Below, in pieces: positions 61,701 through 64,000 of a stretch of DNA of 64,000 nt. The translations under genes and the position numbers were made by a program. The notes under the pieces were generated by a model. That model was not told where the DNA came from. It saw only the letters and a list, made by a program, of their open reading frames with translations, and ran no database searches. Each line of letters begins with the position of its first letter. Within the stretch, counting starts at the first letter, position 1. Source of the DNA: Selaginella moellendorffii (taxonomy: Eukaryota > Plantae > Lycopodiophyta); contig NW_003314264.1 in NCBI RefSeq assembly GCF_000143415.4, positions 1,993,710 through 2,057,709 of the forward strand, written 5' to 3'.

Positions 61701-63445
61701 AATCACCATAGGATAAAGGGTCAAAACCACGTGCGTTACGAAAGTGGAGCCAAAAGGGTGCCATGTGGTGGTGGTTGAAGCAAAAGCCAAACAAGCATAA
61801 CACGTTTGGACTAAAAGCTCCGACTTGAAAGGTCGAGAGCGAAAGTGGAACTCTCAATGAAGTGCTCGAGGAATAAGCATGAAGCGAGCAATAAATGAGT
61901 CTCTAGAAAAGAGACTTGAGATGGACCCGAGATAGAGTCTAAGATGGAGTCCAAGATGGAGTCCGAAATGGACTCGAGATGGAACCCGAGATGGAGTCTG
62001 AGATGGACCCGAGATAGAGTCTGAGATGGACCCAAGATGGAGTCCGAGATGGACCCGAGATGGAGTTCGAGATGAGACCCAAGATGGAGTCCGAAGTGAA
62101 CCGAGATGGAGTCCGAGATGGACCCAAGATGGAGTCTGAGATGGACCGAGATGGAATCCAAGATGGACCCAAGATGGAACCTAAGATGGAGTACGAGAAG
62201 GACCCGAGATGGAGTCTGAAGTCAAGACCGAGACCGAGACTGGGACCGAGACTGAGACCAAGACTGGGATCGAGACCGAGACTGAGGCCGAGGCTGAGGC
62301 CAAGACCGAGCCCGAGTCCAAGTCCGAGTCCGAGTTCGAGTCCGAGTCCGAGTCCAAGTCCGAGTCTAAGAGGGTGAAAGCCCAAAGCGTTTGTCTCCCA
62401 GACCCTAGGGGGTTTGGTGAGCTCCAAAAGTATAATAGGGGGAGGACTGCAGTGGAGCCAGTTTGGCCAGGAAAGGCCAGTTTGGCCCAGGAAGGCCAGA
62501 CCCAATGTTGGGTGATGGGATAACCACTGGGAAGTCCAAGGCTAGAGTGAATACAGACCGACAGACGGGGTAACTTGGTGAAGTATTCAAGAGCCAGCTC
62601 TAGTTCCCCCGGGAGATAGAATGGCCGATGCTCCCAATCCAAGTGTGGGTGGCATTACCTACTTGGATACCTAGCGTGGCTTAACGAAACTTCACTCTAA
62701 GCCCATAGCTAGAGCACCTAAAAGCAGAAGGTGGGGAGAGTACCCATAAGGCTCATGTAGGGCCACGGTGTTCTGAAATGTTGTCCCGAGGTCCCAAACT
62801 AGGGAAAGGAGGAGGAGCAATCCTCTAATGTAGTGACTAAGGATACAGCCACATGGTGAGGAAGTCCCAGAGGATGATGGGACTTAGTGGCCAAGCTTGC
62901 GGGCTTTGATCTAGTCGAACATGGCCATAGACAGAAAAGAGACTTAGTAGGAACTGACAAAGGGATATTGGGGAAGGCTATTCCCCATGTCTGTGGGCAT
63001 CCTAAGGATGCTAAGGAGTGGATCTGAGATGACCACTTGTGGATGGATTGCCCAGTTTTGGAGAGATAAGATTGTGATGCAAGTGGTATTGGACCACCAG
63101 TGTGGCAAAGGTGAATGAGTATGGCCTTAGCATAACGGGCCGATATCTCAGTGGTACCTTTGGGTGTCGGTCATGGGATCGGACACATGGAGCACTTGGG
63201 CCAAGTGCAAATATTGAGTATCAGGGATGCCATTCTCGGGGATAACACGCCCAAGTCCGGAATAGGACTTATGGAGGTTGTGACTGAGACTCCTCCAAGT
63301 GGTCAGAGGTGCGGTTAAATGATTAAAGTAGAATGAAAAAGTTAGTCACTTATAGTACCTTTTAGTGGAGACTAAAGTAGGACCAAACAAGATCAAATAA
63401 ACTAAAGTAAAGTTAGTTGTAAGCTCTTGAGTTTGACTTCCCGGG

Positions 63446-64000
63446 TGTCGCAAATGTGACTTCAGGTATCGAAAGTTACCTGTCAGCTAGTCCTTACGGA
63501 CACTCTTACCTTACTGCCACAATGGCAGGAGGTCGGTATTGCTAGTTCCCTTTATTAGCCCCTCTTATTCAAGTGTTAGTTTACTGGGCTTAGCACCTGT
63601 ACTTAGCTAGATGGACATAAGGTAGGAACTCCTACGTGTTATTAGCTAAGCATACTTAGCCCGGTAAGGAGTTCCCGTCTCATTATGTCTTGCACTGGCT
63701 AGTGACAAGAACCCTCGTGTATTGAGATTGGTCCCTTAATATCGCTGGATGATAGCTTACCGTGTCTGCCAAACACCCTCACTATCATGCCCTTTGTGTT
63801 AGTCTCATTTCGGTCCCAAATGCTATTCATTGAAAGTGTCTAGATTCGCTCATTTGGCATATCTACAGAATGTAGAGATCGGCCTGAACACAATGGTGTT
63901 CGTCCCGTGTCCAAATTCGCAATCTAGGAACATTCCATATTTAGTAAGTTTCGAGCTTGTCCCAGAGACTAACTCCTGATACTAAGGGAGGCTTGGGGTG
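63446..64000 (+). mobile_element. Third copy of the family-A LTR, truncated by the window end
   Basis: TGTCGCAAATGTGACTTCAGGTATCGAAAGTTACC... is collinear with the copies at 53090 and 60587. Confidence 0.92.

Larger units (their letters stand above)
53090..61740 (+). mobile_element. Complete non-autonomous Copia-derived LTR retrotransposon A (LARD-like): 5' LTR 53090-55783 (interrupted), internal 55784-60586, 3' LTR 60587-61740
   Basis: TG starts at 53090 and 60587. Exact 5-bp TSD AAAGT at 53085-53089 and 61741-61745. tRNA-iMet-type PBS TGGTATCTGAG at 55786 and PPT AGGGGGAGAG just before 60587. No long ORFs, only Copia-like vestiges ('CLGLVKGK', 'PNGVAE', 'VDY'). Confidence 0.9.
53060..63354 (+). 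mobile_element. Solo LTR of family B (outer copy), split by element A into 53060-53089 and 61746-63354
   Basis: It starts TGTGAGACAC and ends TTAGTCACTTATA, matching the reverse complement of the inner copy along its length. Degenerate TSD GTATT/GTACC. Confidence 0.85.

Overview
This is gene-dense eukaryotic nuclear DNA from a land plant, with short (about 55-100 nt) introns and very small intergenic gaps. A motile-cilium gene (CFAP52) together with GPAT4/6/8, extensins and PLS-E class PPR genes with runs of short motifs points to a seed-free plant with flagellated sperm, most likely the lycophyte Selaginella (inference). Bases 1-52,100 hold about 19 intact genes: ING PHD finger, an orphan with a mitochondrial-type presequence, GPAT, F-box, two PPR-E genes, a small conserved uORF-preceded gene, YY1-like zinc finger, HPPD, CFAP52, PurD, cystathionine beta-lyase, PDCD2L/Tsr4, bystin, MEMO1, GRV2/RME-8, an extensin-Ole e1 chimera, a coiled-coil orphan, a classical extensin and an organellar sHSP. 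Several pseudogene remnants lie among them (GH3 beta-xylosidase, MULE transposase, LRR, PEP-mutase/ICL family). Bases 52,200-64,000 are a nest of LTR retroelements that can be resolved by termini, PBS, PPT and target-site duplications. A solo LTR of family B is interrupted by a complete non-coding Copia-derived (LARD-like) element A, whose 5' LTR is in turn interrupted by an inverted family-B solo LTR. The two families share a conserved GGGT-GAAA-GCCC hairpin plus TATA-like core. Other notable items are a very short U12 AT-AC intron and a GC-AG intron in bystin, an intron duplication in CFAP52 that creates a candidate in-frame micro-exon, and UTR introns in the extensin. All exon structures were read by eye and are predictions.
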